Below, piece by piece: positions 48,925 through 58,495 of a stretch of 64,000 nt of DNA. Source of the stretch: an uncultured candidate division Zixibacteria bacterium (GTDB lineage Bacteria > Zixibacteria > MSB-5A5 > GN15 > FEB-12); the NCBI GenBank assembly GCA_963735035.1, contig CAVTJJ010000004.1, forward strand, positions 1,408,001-1,472,000. Reading direction: 5' to 3'. The notes under the pieces were generated by a model. That model was not told where the DNA came from, ran no database searches, and worked only from the letters and a program-made list of their open reading frames with translations. The stretch's first letter is position 1. Each line of letters opens with the position of its first letter. Made by a program: the position numbers and the translations under genes.

Positions 48925-49275
48925 ATGAGAGGTCGGATGCTTATCGCCGGAGTGGCGGTGCTGCTGCTCGTTGCGGGCTGCTTTCCGTTCAAGGGTGGAT
49001 CGAAAGACACCGGCCGCGTTGCGGGGATTGTCACCGCCCAGGCGACTAGGGAACCGATCTTCTACGCGGCCGTGCTTCTGGAAGGTACGGTTCTGGGGGC
49101 GATGACCGACAAGGATGGGGAATTCACTGTCAGAGACGTGAAGCCGGGTACGTATGACATCCGGGTGTCGCAGGTGGGATATCGCTCAACCCAGGTGAAG
49201 GGAGTCGTCGTGACGGTCGGAAAGACCACCCGCATCACGGCGGCACTGTCCCCGGGGCCGGATTCAATACCATGA
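48925..49275 (+). CDS. Carboxypeptidase-regulatory-like domain lipoprotein
   Basis: AGGAGG RBS; lipobox VAGC; GTVLGAMTDKDGEF, PGTYDIRVSQVGY. Confidence 0.8.
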   Translation: MRGRMLIAGVAVLLLVAGCFPFKGGSKDTGRVAGIVTAQATREPIFYAAVLLEGTVLGAMTDKDGEFTVRDVKPGTYDIRVSQVGYRSTQVKGVVVTVGKTTRITAALSPGPDSIP

Positions 49276-49294
49276 CATCTTGTCACGGTCCCGA

Positions 49295-50120
49295 GTCAGA
49301 TCACACGACGCTCGCCTGTCGTTGACGGATTCGTCGGCAGGATCCCGATCAAGTCGGGGGCAAGCTCTGACGCAACAAGCGACGGGTCGCGAGACCCGTC
49401 ATTCCTGCGAAGGCAGGAACCCAGTCAAGTTGGAGCGGGGGCCTAACGTAGTTCTCTAGGACGTTCTACTCGTGGAGTTCTGCTACTGTCCAGTTCAGTG
49501 ACATAGCGGTCTTGGCTGGGCCCCTGCCTTCGCAGGGGTGACAGAGAGGAGCGCAGGGTAGAATTGAGCTCATGATAGCGAACTCGGGTTACGTTCGTGA
49601 GGCACCCACCCGTTGGGTGGGGTACCGGACAAGCTTCAGATCACACCTCGTTCGCTGTAGGCGAACTCGGGAGGATCCCGATCAAGTCTGGGGCAGGCTT
49701 TGCCGCCCACGGACAGGCCTTTGCGAAATCACGAGAACGGGTCGCAAGACCCGTCATTCCTGCGGAGGCAGGAATCCAGACAAGATGGAGCGGGGGCCTA
49801 ATGTAGTTCTCGAAGACGTTCTATGCGTGGAGTTCTGATATTGTTCAGTTCGGTGACATAGCGGTTTTGTCTGGGCCCCTGCCTTCGCAGGGGTGACAGA
49901 GAGGAGCGCAGGGTAGAATTGAGCTCATGATAGCGAACTCGGGTTACGTTCGTGAGGCACCCACCCGTTGGGTGGGGTACCGGACAAGCGTCAGATCACA
50001 CCTCGTTCGCTGTAGGTGAACTCGGCAGATCCCCGATCAGGTCAGGGGCAGGCTCTGACGCAACAAGCAATCATGTCGGGTTTCTCGCCCGCCAAAGGCG
50101 GGCTCGGAACACCGACCTAC
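49295..50120. repeat. Tandem ~355-bp mosaic repeat array (~2.2 units), BIME-like
   Basis: Homologous landmarks 49398/49753 and 49636/49991; each unit holds a 145-bp doublet, a GTAC-foot hairpin and a TCAGATCACAC element. Confidence 0.88.
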
Positions 50121-50155
50121 TTTTGAATAGTTGTCACGCAATCCGCAAACATCCT

Positions 50156-50557
50156 TCAATGGTCGGACTGGACGGTGTGCAGAAGCTGAGTGTTGTTGGT
50201 CCAGGTGACCGTGTCCATCACATGAACCGTTACGGTCGGCAGAGTGAATCCCGTAATGTTGAGATCCAGACTTTTCGGTGTCCCACCCGTCACGACGGTA
50301 ATAACACCTGCCATGCCCACACCACCGGGGCCGCCGTGGTACTTGCAATAGTACGGAATGACCTTGGCGGTCTTGAACACGTGAGTGAACGAGGCTCCCG
50401 CCTGCATGTCACCCGAGACAAATTCCGGTCCACCACCGCCCATACCGCCGCCACCTGAAGGGCCCGTGGGATTAGAATTGTTCTTTGACGAACACCCCAC
50501 GACTATGCCTATCAGCATCAGTGCCAGGGCGGTCAGCAAGATCCTTCTTGAGTTCAT
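50156..50557 (-). CDS. Cupredoxin (plastocyanin-like) lipoprotein, circularly permuted
   Basis: Lipobox VVGC; YYCKYH-x7-M precedes DTVTWTN...HTV. Confidence 0.8.
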   Translation of the reverse strand: MNSRRILLTALALMLIGIVVGCSSKNNSNPTGPSGGGGMGGGGPEFVSGDMQAGASFTHVFKTAKVIPYYCKYHGGPGGVGMAGVITVVTGGTPKSLDLNITGFTLPTVTVHVMDTVTWTNNTQLLHTVQSDH

Positions 50558-50888
50558 AGCGTCTTCATCCTTTCCTGAATTCAGACTACGCCAATTTGAT
50601 ATGGACCAAAACAGGCCATTATGTAGAATTGTTCCGCGATACTTAGGAGGGCAGCTCATGGAAGGCGGCCGATGTAGGTCCGCCGCGGCGACTGGAGACG
50701 CCTTTCTGCGGGCGAACCCACAGCAAGCTGTGGGGTACCAGAAAGGCGTCAGGTTACACCTCGCCCGCCCTGGGCGGCCTCGGCAGGACCTGCCGCAACT
50801 TCATTGGTGCCCGATTCAGGTTTGAACGGTTCGCGCCGATATACGGATAAATGGCGACTCCAGGCTGCAAACAGCTCAGGGGGCAGGT

Positions 50889-51107
50889 TTGATAAAGCAG
50901 AAGATTTCCGACGAGGCCGAGGCGATTCACGAAAACATGCGCGTTATCCGCGCCAAGTTCAAGCCGCTGCTGGATACTGAAGTTTATCTCGAAGATGTTT
51001 CGATGTTGGTCGAGGTCGTTCCCCGGATGATGGACAACATCGAAGAACTCTCCAAAGAACTCAACCACGCCTTTACGATTCTCAGCGACACGCCGAAGAG
51101 GGAATAG
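50889..51107 (+). CDS. Small hypothetical helical protein
   Basis: 72-aa ORF, TTG start, sigma28-like promoter at 50816-50842. Confidence 0.5.
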   Translation: MIKQKISDEAEAIHENMRVIRAKFKPLLDTEVYLEDVSMLVEVVPRMMDNIEELSKELNHAFTILSDTPKRE

Positions 51108-51130
51108 ACGACCGACGGGTCGCCAGACCC

Positions 51131-51275
51131 GTCATTCCTGCGGAGGCAGGAACCCAGTCAAGTTGGAGCGGGGGATGCAGGGAGTTATCAAGATTGCTCT
51201 ATGCGCGTGATTCCGAAATTGTATGCGCCATCTCCACAGCGATCTTGTCTGGGCCCCTGCCGCCGCAGGGGTGAC
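51131..51275. repeat. 145-bp inverted-doublet element (GTCATTCCTGCGGAGGCAGGAACCCAG type)
   Basis: Same termini and length as 49398-49542 and 49753-49897. Confidence 0.85.
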
Positions 51276-51302
51276 GGAGTAGTGGCGAAGGGGTAACAAC
51301 CC

Positions 51303-52601
51303 CTACGGCTCCTCCGGCAGAATACCTTTTCTGACATATATGGGTCGGATCGCTTTGCGCAGGGCCGGGAGGCTTCTCGCAAAGAAGGCCGCGCCAATCA
51401 AGCAGGCGATACCCCCTATGAACACGGTCCACGGAGCGCCGATACGGCTCGCCATCAAGCCGGCCATCAAGCTCCCGATAGGAACCATCCCCATGAAAGC
51501 GGTGACATAGAGACTCATCACGCGACCTCGTTTGTCATCGTCGACAATCGTCTGCAACAGCGTGTTCGATGAGGCCATCTGCACCATCTGTCCGAATCCG
51601 GTGAAGAGCATCAGTGGCAGGGAAATCCAGAGGACATGCGAGAAGGCGAAAGCGGTCAAACTCAGTCCGAAAATCGCGGCGGCTATCGGAATCATACGTC
51701 CGAGTCCCAGAACCGTTTTACGCGACGCCAAATACACCGCGCCGCCCAGCGCGCCGAGCCCGACTGAGCCCATCAGGAATCCGAGCACTCTCGGTCCGCC
51801 GAGCAAAATGTCTTTGGCGAATACCGGCATTAGAACGGTATACGGCATCCCGACCAGACTTATCAAGGCCATCATCGAGAGGATCGAACGGATAGGCACA
51901 TTTCCAGCCGCGTACGCCAGGCCGTCCTTGAGTTCCTGCCAGACCTTGGGTCGATGAGATACCGCTTTCTTGACGGCGAGGCGCATCATTAATAATCCTG
52001 CGATGACAGCGATATAGCTGAGGCCGTTCAGCAGGAAACAGATGCCTTCGCCGACGACTGCTATCAGGATGCCGCCCATCGACGGCCCCAGCAGGCGGGC
52101 GCCGTTCACAATCGAGGAGTTGAGCGCGATGGCGTTGCCAATGTCGTTTTTGTCGTCGAGCATTTCGATCATGAATGTCTGGCGGGCGGGCATGTCGAAA
52201 GCGTTGACCACCCCCAGCACCGTGCCCAGGACGAGTATTTCCCAGACCGTGACCGTCTTGGTCATGACGAGCACGGCCAGGGCGAGGGCCTGAAGCATCG
52301 CTATTACCTGCATGGCGATAATCAAACGATGACGGTTCCAGCGGTCGGCGAGCACTCCGGCGAACGGTCCCAGAAACAACGTGGGGGCCTGTCCAACAAA
52401 TCCGACCACACCCAGCAGGAATTCTGAATTGGTGAGGCGGTAAATGAGCCAACCCATGGCGATACGCTGCATCCAGGTGCCGATGAGCGAGATGCTCTGG
52501 CCGATGAAGAAGAGCCGGAAGTTGCGATGGCGTAGGGCACGGATGAGCGAGCGGAAGCCGGTTTTCTCAGGCGTGCTCGATGTTTCGTTCGGTTGGGTCA
52601 T
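51303..52601 (-). CDS. MFS transporter (DUF894/H+ antiporter-like)
   Basis: RNFRLFFIGQSISLIGTWMQ, GVLADRWNR, AFDMPARQ, RGRVMS; about 12 TM helices. Confidence 0.92.
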   Translation of the reverse strand: MTQPNETSSTPEKTGFRSLIRALRHRNFRLFFIGQSISLIGTWMQRIAMGWLIYRLTNSEFLLGVVGFVGQAPTLFLGPFAGVLADRWNRHRLIIAMQVIAMLQALALAVLVMTKTVTVWEILVLGTVLGVVNAFDMPARQTFMIEMLDDKNDIGNAIALNSSIVNGARLLGPSMGGILIAVVGEGICFLLNGLSYIAVIAGLLMMRLAVKKAVSHRPKVWQELKDGLAYAAGNVPIRSILSMMALISLVGMPYTVLMPVFAKDILLGGPRVLGFLMGSVGLGALGGAVYLASRKTVLGLGRMIPIAAAIFGLSLTAFAFSHVLWISLPLMLFTGFGQMVQMASSNTLLQTIVDDDKRGRVMSLYVTAFMGMVPIGSLMAGLMASRIGAPWTVFIGGIACLIGAAFFARSLPALRKAIRPIYVRKGILPEEP

Positions 52602-52633
52602 CGGTGACAAAAAGGGCCGGCGAGATCGGAAAG

Positions 52634-53770
52634 TCAATTCTGAGTTGGAGCCAGTGGGCCGGGGTAGGGGCGGAAGAAGCTATGCATTCGAATGAAATTC
52701 TTGTCATACCGAACCGCCCAGACTTGGACGGTCTTTCGAAGATCAGATAGCGGCAGATCTTTGTCGAGATATAGTTGCATCCGATTGCGGAATCCTCGGT
52801 GGTCGGTCGCGCTGAGGAAAGGGGAGTAGTGCTCAAGGGCGAGTTCTAACGGCACGATCGTAGCTGTACGGCGCGGCGGTTTTTGCAGGATGCGATGAAG
52901 CAGGGCCTCATATCTCTCGAATATTTGTACCCCGTTCTGCGGGTGGGACTTCCTGCCTGCACCGGCAGATGTAGGCATCTGCCGGGCACGGAACTGTTCG
53001 GATTCTTGTACCCCACCCAACCGGTGGGACTTGCTGCTCGCCAGGGAAGTCGGCAGATGTGGACATCGGCCAGACACGTGAACGCAGCCACTGCATCCAC
53101 CCGACGAAAGATCCGCCTCGGCGGGCGAGGTAATAAGCCGATCCATATCGCGCACTATCCGTTGACTGTAAACACTGAATGACATCCGATGATACTCATG
53201 AAATCGTTTCAGTGATTCCGCACTGCCCCGTTTTCGAACCGCGCGCCAGGCCGCGAGAGTGAATACTTTCGTCAGAAAGTGCTCACGTATGTGCGAATCG
53301 TCCAAGCGCTCTTCATCATCAAAGGCGACGTGCGGCAGTTGTCGTATAGCGTCTGCTGCAAACAGGCCGACACCCTTCCGCACATAAGCCGCATCGGTGG
53401 CGGTCGATGCGTACAACTTCACACTCCGAAGGCCGCACGAGGGGGATTTGTGTTTCAGAATGAAACCGTCAACTTCGCCACACTGTGTCAGGAAGCGGTG
53501 TGCGAAGCTGTTCATTTTCTGCGCAAGTCGGAGGCCGGTCGATTGTTGATACAATTCCACACCCTTGGCGCGTCGCACCAGAACGATGCGATCTCGCGGC
53601 ACACCCAGGCCGATTTCCATTTCGGGGCAGACCGGAATCACACGGGCGTATGGTTTCAGCTCTTTCACGAGATCGTATCGGCACGAATCGCCATCCCAAC
53701 GGCAGCGCGCGCCGCACAGACAGCGGGAAACGACTATCGTAGGGCGTGAAAAGCGAGAGGGTTTTGTCAT
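52634..53770 (-). CDS. DUF523 (2-thiouracil desulfurase-like) + DUF1722/YbgA protein with in-frame REP-derived insert
   Basis: VSRCL, RWDG, PVCPEMEIGLGVPR, GFILKHKSPSCG, GLFA, REHF, FFRPYP; insert at ~52925-53100. Confidence 0.85.
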   Translation of the reverse strand: MTKPSRFSRPTIVVSRCLCGARCRWDGDSCRYDLVKELKPYARVIPVCPEMEIGLGVPRDRIVLVRRAKGVELYQQSTGLRLAQKMNSFAHRFLTQCGEVDGFILKHKSPSCGLRSVKLYASTATDAAYVRKGVGLFAADAIRQLPHVAFDDEERLDDSHIREHFLTKVFTLAAWRAVRKRGSAESLKRFHEYHRMSFSVYSQRIVRDMDRLITSPAEADLSSGGCSGCVHVSGRCPHLPTSLASSKSHRLGGVQESEQFRARQMPTSAGAGRKSHPQNGVQIFERYEALLHRILQKPPRRTATIVPLELALEHYSPFLSATDHRGFRNRMQLYLDKDLPLSDLRKTVQVWAVRYDKNFIRMHSFFRPYPGPLAPTQN

Positions 53771-53995
53771 GGTACCGGTCTTCGTAGAAGGCAATCTGTC
53801 GGGCGCAAGGATACGCATTTGGGAGCCTTTCGGAAAGACCCGATCCGGCTCGTGAAGCAATTAACAAGGCCTTACCTCTTTACAAACCGGCGTTGGGCGC
53901 ATATATTCCATTTCATCTGATTTGGTAGCGATCCTGATTGTTGGGACGCAACAACTTAAGCAGGACTGCCGGCCCCGCCGCAGGTCCGCGGTGAG

Positions 53996-55609
53996 ATGTC
54001 TATGTTTCGCATTGAGACCAAAATCGACACCAACTCCCCTGAATTCAAAGAGAACGCCCAGAAGAATCGTGAGCAGCATCGGCTTTTCAAGGATCGTCTG
54101 GAGCAGATCAAGTTGGGCGGCCCGGAAAAGTCCCGGCAGCGACACGTGGAGCGCAAGAAGCTGCTGCCCCGTGATCGTCTGGCCGGACTCCTCGACAAGA
54201 ATACCCCTTTCCTCGAACTGAGCCCGCTCGCGGCCTATGACATGTATGACAACGAGGCGCCCGCCGCTGGAATTATCACCGGGATCGGAGTCGTTCATGG
54301 GCGTGAAGTCATGGTGGTAGTCAACGACGCCACGGTCAAGGGGGGCACGTACTACCCGATCACGATTTTGAAGCATGCCCGGGCGCAGCAGATTGCCGAA
54401 GAAAACCGGCTGCCCTGTGTTTATCTGGTTGATTCAGGGGGGATATTTCTGCCGTTGCAGTCGGGGACATTTCCTGACAAAGACCATTTTGGCCGCATAT
54501 TCTATAACCAGGCCCGCCTTTCGGCGCAGGGGATAGCGCAGATCTCGATCGTGATGGGTTCCTGCACGGCGGGCGGGGCGTACCTGCCGGCGATGTCTGA
54601 CGAGACAGTCATTGTCCGCAAGCAGGGGACGATTTTCATTGGCGGACCGCCGCTGGTCAAAGCCGCCACCGGCGAAGTGGTCACCGCCGAAGAACTAGGC
54701 GGCGCCGATGTCCATTGCCGCGTCTCCGGAGTCAGCGACCATTACGCCCAGAACGATGCTCACGCTTTACAGTTGGCCCGCAATATTGTTGAGAACCTCG
54801 ACAGGCCGTATCGCGAGCCGATTGAGAGATCGGCCCCGGAAGACCCATACTACGACCCCGAAGAACTCTATGGCGTCGTGCAGAACGAACTGCGTCGGCC
54901 TTACGATGTGCGCGAAGTAATCGCCCGCCTGGTCGACGGCTCTCGGTTCCACGAATTCAAAGAACTCTACGGCATCACGCTGGTGACCGGGTTCGCGCGA
55001 ATCATGGGGTATCCGGTGGGGATCATCGGCAACAACGGGGTTCTATTCAGCGAATCCTCGCTCAAGGGAGCGCACTTTATCGAATTGTGCACGCAACGGA
55101 AGATTCCGTTGATATTCCTGCAGAACATCTCCGGCTTCATAGTCGGTCGTCAATACGAGGCGGGCGGAATTGCGCGCGATGGGGCCAAGATGGTTCATGC
55201 GGTGGCCAACGCCCAGATTCCGAAATTTACGCTGGTGATCGGCGGCTCGTACGGCGCCGGCAACTATGCCATGTGCGGACGGGGGTATTTCCCGCGCCTG
55301 ATGTGGATGTGGCCTAACGCCAAGATCTGTGTCATGGGGGGCGAGCAGGCGGCCGATGTTCTCGCCACGGTCAAAATCAATCAGCTCGAAGCGGAAGGAA
55401 AGAAGCTGACTTCGGACGACATCAAGGCGATTCGTCAACCGATCATCGACAAGTACGAATCGGAGTCTACTCCATACTATTCCGGAGCGCGGTTGTGGGA
55501 TGATGGTATGATCGGCTTCACGGAAACACGTCAGGCACTGGCGCTGGCGATTTCGATGTCGACTAACGCGCCGTTCCCGGAACAGAAGTACGGCGTCTTC
55601 AGGATGTAG
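53996..55609 (+). CDS. liuB: 3-methylcrotonyl-CoA carboxylase, carboxyltransferase subunit
   Basis: [60 protein letters not shown]. Confidence 0.93.
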   Translation: MSMFRIETKIDTNSPEFKENAQKNREQHRLFKDRLEQIKLGGPEKSRQRHVERKKLLPRDRLAGLLDKNTPFLELSPLAAYDMYDNEAPAAGIITGIGVVHGREVMVVVNDATVKGGTYYPITILKHARAQQIAEENRLPCVYLVDSGGIFLPLQSGTFPDKDHFGRIFYNQARLSAQGIAQISIVMGSCTAGGAYLPAMSDETVIVRKQGTIFIGGPPLVKAATGEVVTAEELGGADVHCRVSGVSDHYAQNDAHALQLARNIVENLDRPYREPIERSAPEDPYYDPEELYGVVQNELRRPYDVREVIARLVDGSRFHEFKELYGITLVTGFARIMGYPVGIIGNNGVLFSESSLKGAHFIELCTQRKIPLIFLQNISGFIVGRQYEAGGIARDGAKMVHAVANAQIPKFTLVIGGSYGAGNYAMCGRGYFPRLMWMWPNAKICVMGGEQAADVLATVKINQLEAEGKKLTSDDIKAIRQPIIDKYESESTPYYSGARLWDDGMIGFTETRQALALAISMSTNAPFPEQKYGVFRM

Positions 55610-55618
55610 GCTGGCGCG

Positions 55619-56407
55619 ATGAAATATACGACACTCAAGTATCAGAAAGACGGCCGTATCGGGCGGGTCGCATTCTGTCGGCCCGAAATACATAATGCCT
55701 TCAATGGCACGGTCATCAGTGAGATGGCGCACCTGTTCGGCGAACTGGCTAAAGACAATGACCTTCGGGTGGTGCTGCTGACTGGAGAAGGAAAGTCATT
55801 CTGTGCCGGGGCCGATCTCAACTGGATGCGCTCAGTGATCAACCAGTCGTTCGAGCAGAACTTGGCCGAATCCAACGCGTTGGCGAATCTCTTCTATCAG
55901 ATATACACGTTCAAGCGTCCGGTCATAGGCCGGATCAATGGCGCGGCTATCGGTGGTGGTACCGGATTCGTGGCGGTGTGCGATATAGCAATTGCGGCGC
56001 GCTCGGCCAAGTTTTCGTTCTCCGAAGTGAAGATCGGCGTCGTGCCGGCCTGTATTGGGCCGTATGTTATCCGCAAGATGGGTGAGGGCAAGGCGCGCGA
56101 GTTGTTCATTACGGGCGAACGAATGAACGCGGACCGCGCTTTCGAAGTCGGTTTGGTCAACAAAGTTGTCGATGACGACAGACTCGACACCGAAGTGGAA
56201 ACGCTGGTGCAATCGATTCTGACTTCGGGGCCGGAAGCCGTAGCTATGGCTAAGAAATTGGTCAGCGAAGTTCCGTTGATGGAGCCGTCGCAGTTCAAAC
56301 CGTATACGGCCGAGATGATCGCCCGCCTGCGAGTATCGCAAGAAGGACAGGAAGGGATGGACGCCTTTCTTAACAAGCGGCCGCCTCGCTGGACGTCAGA
56401 CAAATAG
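55619..56407 (+). CDS. liuC: Methylglutaconyl-CoA hydratase (crotonase family)
   Basis: RPEIHNAFN, SFCAGADLNWM, FSEVKIG, IGPYV, EGQEGM; lies between the MCC subunits. Confidence 0.88.
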   Translation: MKYTTLKYQKDGRIGRVAFCRPEIHNAFNGTVISEMAHLFGELAKDNDLRVVLLTGEGKSFCAGADLNWMRSVINQSFEQNLAESNALANLFYQIYTFKRPVIGRINGAAIGGGTGFVAVCDIAIAARSAKFSFSEVKIGVVPACIGPYVIRKMGEGKARELFITGERMNADRAFEVGLVNKVVDDDRLDTEVETLVQSILTSGPEAVAMAKKLVSEVPLMEPSQFKPYTAEMIARLRVSQEGQEGMDAFLNKRPPRWTSDK

Positions 56408-56422
56408 CTCAGGCATGTGGTT

Positions 56423-57946
56423 ATGGCAGATAAATTGTTCAAGAAGATCCTGGTAGCCAATCGGTCGGAAATCGCGGTGCGCGTTATGAACGCCTGCCGC
56501 GTGCTCGGGATTCCGTCGGTGGCAGTCTACTCCGAAGCCGACAAGAGCAGCAAACACCGCATGATGGCAGACGAGTCGGTGTTCATCGGCCCGCCGCCGC
56601 CGCGGCAATCGTATCTCGATATTGCGAAGATCATCCAAGCGGCCAAAGATACCGGGTGCGACGCCATTCATCCGGGATACGGTTTCTTGGCCGAAAACTG
56701 CGAGCTGCCGAAGGCGTGTCAGGCGGCCGGGATGGTGTTTATCGGCCCACCGCCTGACGCGATGTTGCTGATGGGTAACAAGGTTGAGTCGCGCGTCAAG
56801 ATGTCCAGCGCCGGAGTGCCGCTCATTCCGGGTATGACCGCCTCGGCGGTTGATCCGGCGGTCTTTCGCGCCGCCGCCGACAAAGCGGGCTATCCGGTTA
56901 TGATCAAGGCGGCGGCTGGTGGGGGCGGCAAGGGGATGCGGATCGTCCATGAGCCCACCGAACTCAACGATGCTCTCGAAGCGGCCCAACGCGAAGCGCT
57001 CAACGCCTTCAATGATGACACGGTCTATCTGGAAAAGTATATCGCCAACGCCCGTCATATCGAATTCCAGGTGATTGCCGATTCGCACGGCAATTGTGTT
57101 CATGTGTTCGAGCGGGAGTGTTCGATTCAAAGACGGCATCAGAAGATTATCGAAGAGACCCCGTCGGTGGCGCTCGACAACAAGCTTCGCGCCAAAATGG
57201 GCGCAGCTGCCGTGGTGGTCGCAAAAGCTGCTGGTTATGTCAACGCCGGGACGGTCGAGTTCCTGGTGGATGAAAAAGGCGGATTCTATTTCCTGGAGAT
57301 GAATACCCGCATTCAAGTAGAACATCCGATTACCGAAATGGTCACCGGGGTCGATCTGGTAGTCGAACAAATTCGGGTGGCGGCGGGGCTGCCGCTGTCG
57401 GCGCAGATGCATAATCTGTCGCAGCGCGGACACGCCATCGAGTGCCGTATCTACGCCGAGGACGGCGATAACAACTTCCTGCCAAGCATTGGGCGGATTC
57501 TACACTATACGGAACCGCTTGGACCGGGGATACGGGTAGATTCGGGCGTGGTCAAGGGATCGGAAGTCACGATCGACTACGATCCGATAATGGCGAAACT
57601 GATCGTACACGCCCCCGATCGTGCCTGCGCCATTGGCAAGATGATCAACGCCCTGCACGACTACAAGATACTCGGCGTGAAGACTTCAAAGCGATTCATG
57701 ATTGATGTTCTCCGGCATCAGGAGTTTATAGCAGGAAGGACCTACACAAACTTCATCGGCCAGCACATGGCTGATCGAGTGGCAGACTCCGACAGTTATC
57801 ACGCACCGGCGGCGGCTGTCGCTGCAGTGGCAGCGATGACGCAGCGAAGAACGATGGCTACCGACAGGGGCGATGGACGGCAGGCGGTTCCGTCACCCTG
57901 GCAGGTGCTCGGCGACTGGCAGATCGGAGGGTCGATCCATGAGTAG
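56423..57946 (+). CDS. liuD: Biotin carboxylase subunit of MCC
   Basis: KILVANRSEIA, IHPGYGFLAEN, GGGGKGMR, ERECSIQRRHQK, EMNTRIQVEHP, YDPIMAKL. Confidence 0.9.
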   Translation: MADKLFKKILVANRSEIAVRVMNACRVLGIPSVAVYSEADKSSKHRMMADESVFIGPPPPRQSYLDIAKIIQAAKDTGCDAIHPGYGFLAENCELPKACQAAGMVFIGPPPDAMLLMGNKVESRVKMSSAGVPLIPGMTASAVDPAVFRAAADKAGYPVMIKAAAGGGGKGMRIVHEPTELNDALEAAQREALNAFNDDTVYLEKYIANARHIEFQVIADSHGNCVHVFERECSIQRRHQKIIEETPSVALDNKLRAKMGAAAVVVAKAAGYVNAGTVEFLVDEKGGFYFLEMNTRIQVEHPITEMVTGVDLVVEQIRVAAGLPLSAQMHNLSQRGHAIECRIYAEDGDNNFLPSIGRILHYTEPLGPGIRVDSGVVKGSEVTIDYDPIMAKLIVHAPDRACAIGKMINALHDYKILGVKTSKRFMIDVLRHQEFIAGRTYTNFIGQHMADRVADSDSYHAPAAAVAAVAAMTQRRTMATDRGDGRQAVPSPWQVLGDWQIGGSIHE

Positions 57947-58436
57947 GCACGACTTCACGATCGCGGGGAAAGAAATTACAGCCCAGGCAGATAAGTCCGG
58001 CGATGGATACAAGGCCAAAGTGGGTGAATGCGAATTTGATATTCGTCCGATATCCGACGGATTGTTCTCAATCGTAGTAGACGGTCATAAGAAGATCGTT
58101 GCGGCCGCTGTTCACAATGGCACGACGTATGTCGATATCGATTCGGTCGTGCTGGAGTTGAAGGAACCGTCGCAGGACGGGTTCGCTGGGGGGGCGGGCG
58201 ATCATGGCGAAGCGCCGGACAAGATTTTCGCGCCGATGCCGGGCAAGATTGTCAAGCTGATGGTCAAAGTGGGGGATACGGTTTCGCCTAAGCAGCAGGT
58301 GGTGATTGTCGAGGCGATGAAGATGGAGAATCCGGTGGTCGCCAAGGCCAAGGGGACGGTGAAGGCGGTCAATTTTGCGGTCGGCGACCAGGTCTCGACT
58401 GATAAGCCGATAGTCGAGCTTGAGCTGGGGGAGTAG
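57939..58436 (+). CDS. Biotin carboxyl carrier subunit (separate gene)
   Basis: APMPGKIV and EAMKMEN biotinylation motif; GGAGG RBS. Confidence 0.92.
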   Translation: MSRHDFTIAGKEITAQADKSGDGYKAKVGECEFDIRPISDGLFSIVVDGHKKIVAAAVHNGTTYVDIDSVVLELKEPSQDGFAGGAGDHGEAPDKIFAPMPGKIVKLMVKVGDTVSPKQQVVIVEAMKMENPVVAKAKGTVKAVNFAVGDQVSTDKPIVELELGE

Positions 58437-58495
58437 GTTAGAAGAGCAGGTGATATTATGCCGGTCGCTCTCTCTGATACGCTGACATTTTTGTC

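Noticed and set aside
49572..50458. ORFs 49572-49838, 49597-49806 and 49952-50458
   Set aside because: They lie within the tandem repeat array or antisense to the cupredoxin gene.
28025..57433. Long antisense ORFs (e.g. 28025-28990, 33489-34622, 45944-46819, 56396-57433)
   Set aside because: They are shadow frames of well-supported genes, expected in GC-rich DNA.
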